From: Paracoccaceae bacterium | GTDB taxonomy: Bacteria; Pseudomonadota; Alphaproteobacteria; Rhodobacterales; Rhodobacteraceae | Assembly: GCA_007131685.1 (NCBI GenBank) | Contig: SLQD01000017.1 | Span: 1-40,863, forward strand | Reading direction: 5' to 3' | Length of the DNA: 40,863 nucleotides | Shown: positions 40,654 to 40,863 of the stretch, piece after piece | Position numbering within the stretch: position 1 is the first letter of the stretch | How the letters are laid out: every line of letters begins with the position of its first letter | Notes under the pieces: generated by a model | Told to the model about the DNA's origin: nothing | What the model saw: only the letters and a program-made list of their open reading frames with translations | The model's database searches: none | Translations under genes and position numbers: made by a program

Positions 40654-40731
40654 CGGGGCGTGGGATAGCCTGGTTAATCCGCCTGCTTTGGGAGCAGGAG
40701 ATCCTCAGTTCGAATCTGAGCGCCCCGACCA
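40654..40731 (+). tRNA. tRNA-Pro (TGG)
   Basis: Acceptor CGGGGCG/CGCCCCG+ACCA; D stem GGAT/ATCC; anticodon arm CCTGC-TT-TGG-GA-GCAGG; T arm CTCAG-TTCGAAT-CTGAG. Confidence 0.95.
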
Positions 40732-40749
40732 TCGCGCCGGCCCCGGCCG

Positions 40750-40778
40750 TTTACAGCCCGGCGCCGAGCCGCTAATCG
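40750..40778 (+). promoter_or_regulatory. Putative promoter of tRNA-Val
   Basis: TTTACA-N17-TAATCG, 10 bp before the tRNA 5' end. Confidence 0.55.
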
Positions 40779-40788
40779 GCGCCATCAC

Positions 40789-40863
40789 GGGTGATTAGCT
40801 CAGTTGGTAGAGCGCCTCGTTTACACCGAGGATGTCGGCGGTTCGAGTCCGTCATCACCCACC
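40789..40863 (+). tRNA. tRNA-Val (TAC), final A of CCA outside window
   Basis: GGGTGAT/ATCACCC acceptor, TAGCTCAGTTGGTAGAGC D arm, CCTCG-TT-TAC-AC-CGAGG anticodon arm, GTTCGAGTC T loop. Confidence 0.97.

Overview
Core chromosomal segment of a high-GC alphaproteobacterium, very likely Rhodobacteraceae and possibly salt-adapted. It begins inside the spc/alpha ribosomal-protein cluster (rplN 3' end to rplO, secY, adk, rpsM, rpsK, rpoA, rplQ). Next come an S49 peptidase, a small Cys-rich membrane protein, a Ca/Na antiporter and an SDR, followed by a 314-bp AT-enriched intergenic region and uvrC. A Mur/Fur-box-controlled Mn/Fe ABC transporter then precedes pgsA-moaD-moaE. The rest is housekeeping: OmpA-family protein, ubiA, rsmE, gshA, plsY, pyrC'/pyrB, UDG, moaB, ispE, TPR protein, ETF-QO, greA, azlCD, cytochrome aa3 subunit IV, MBL hydrolase, acyl-CoA dehydrogenase, Sua5, tRNA-Pro(TGG) and tRNA-Val(TAC). 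I saw no transposase, integrase, phage gene or CRISPR array. The strongest unexplained signals are: (1) an oriC-like element upstream of uvrC (DnaA boxes, IHF site, four GANTC sites, flanking LexA-type box); (2) the metal-ABC cassette bracketed by a 10-bp inverted repeat between uvrC and pgsA; (3) a tRNA-Pro with a non-canonical but covarying D-arm; (4) several structured r-protein intergenic leaders and apparent leaderless genes. All calls were made by eye and no database searches were run.
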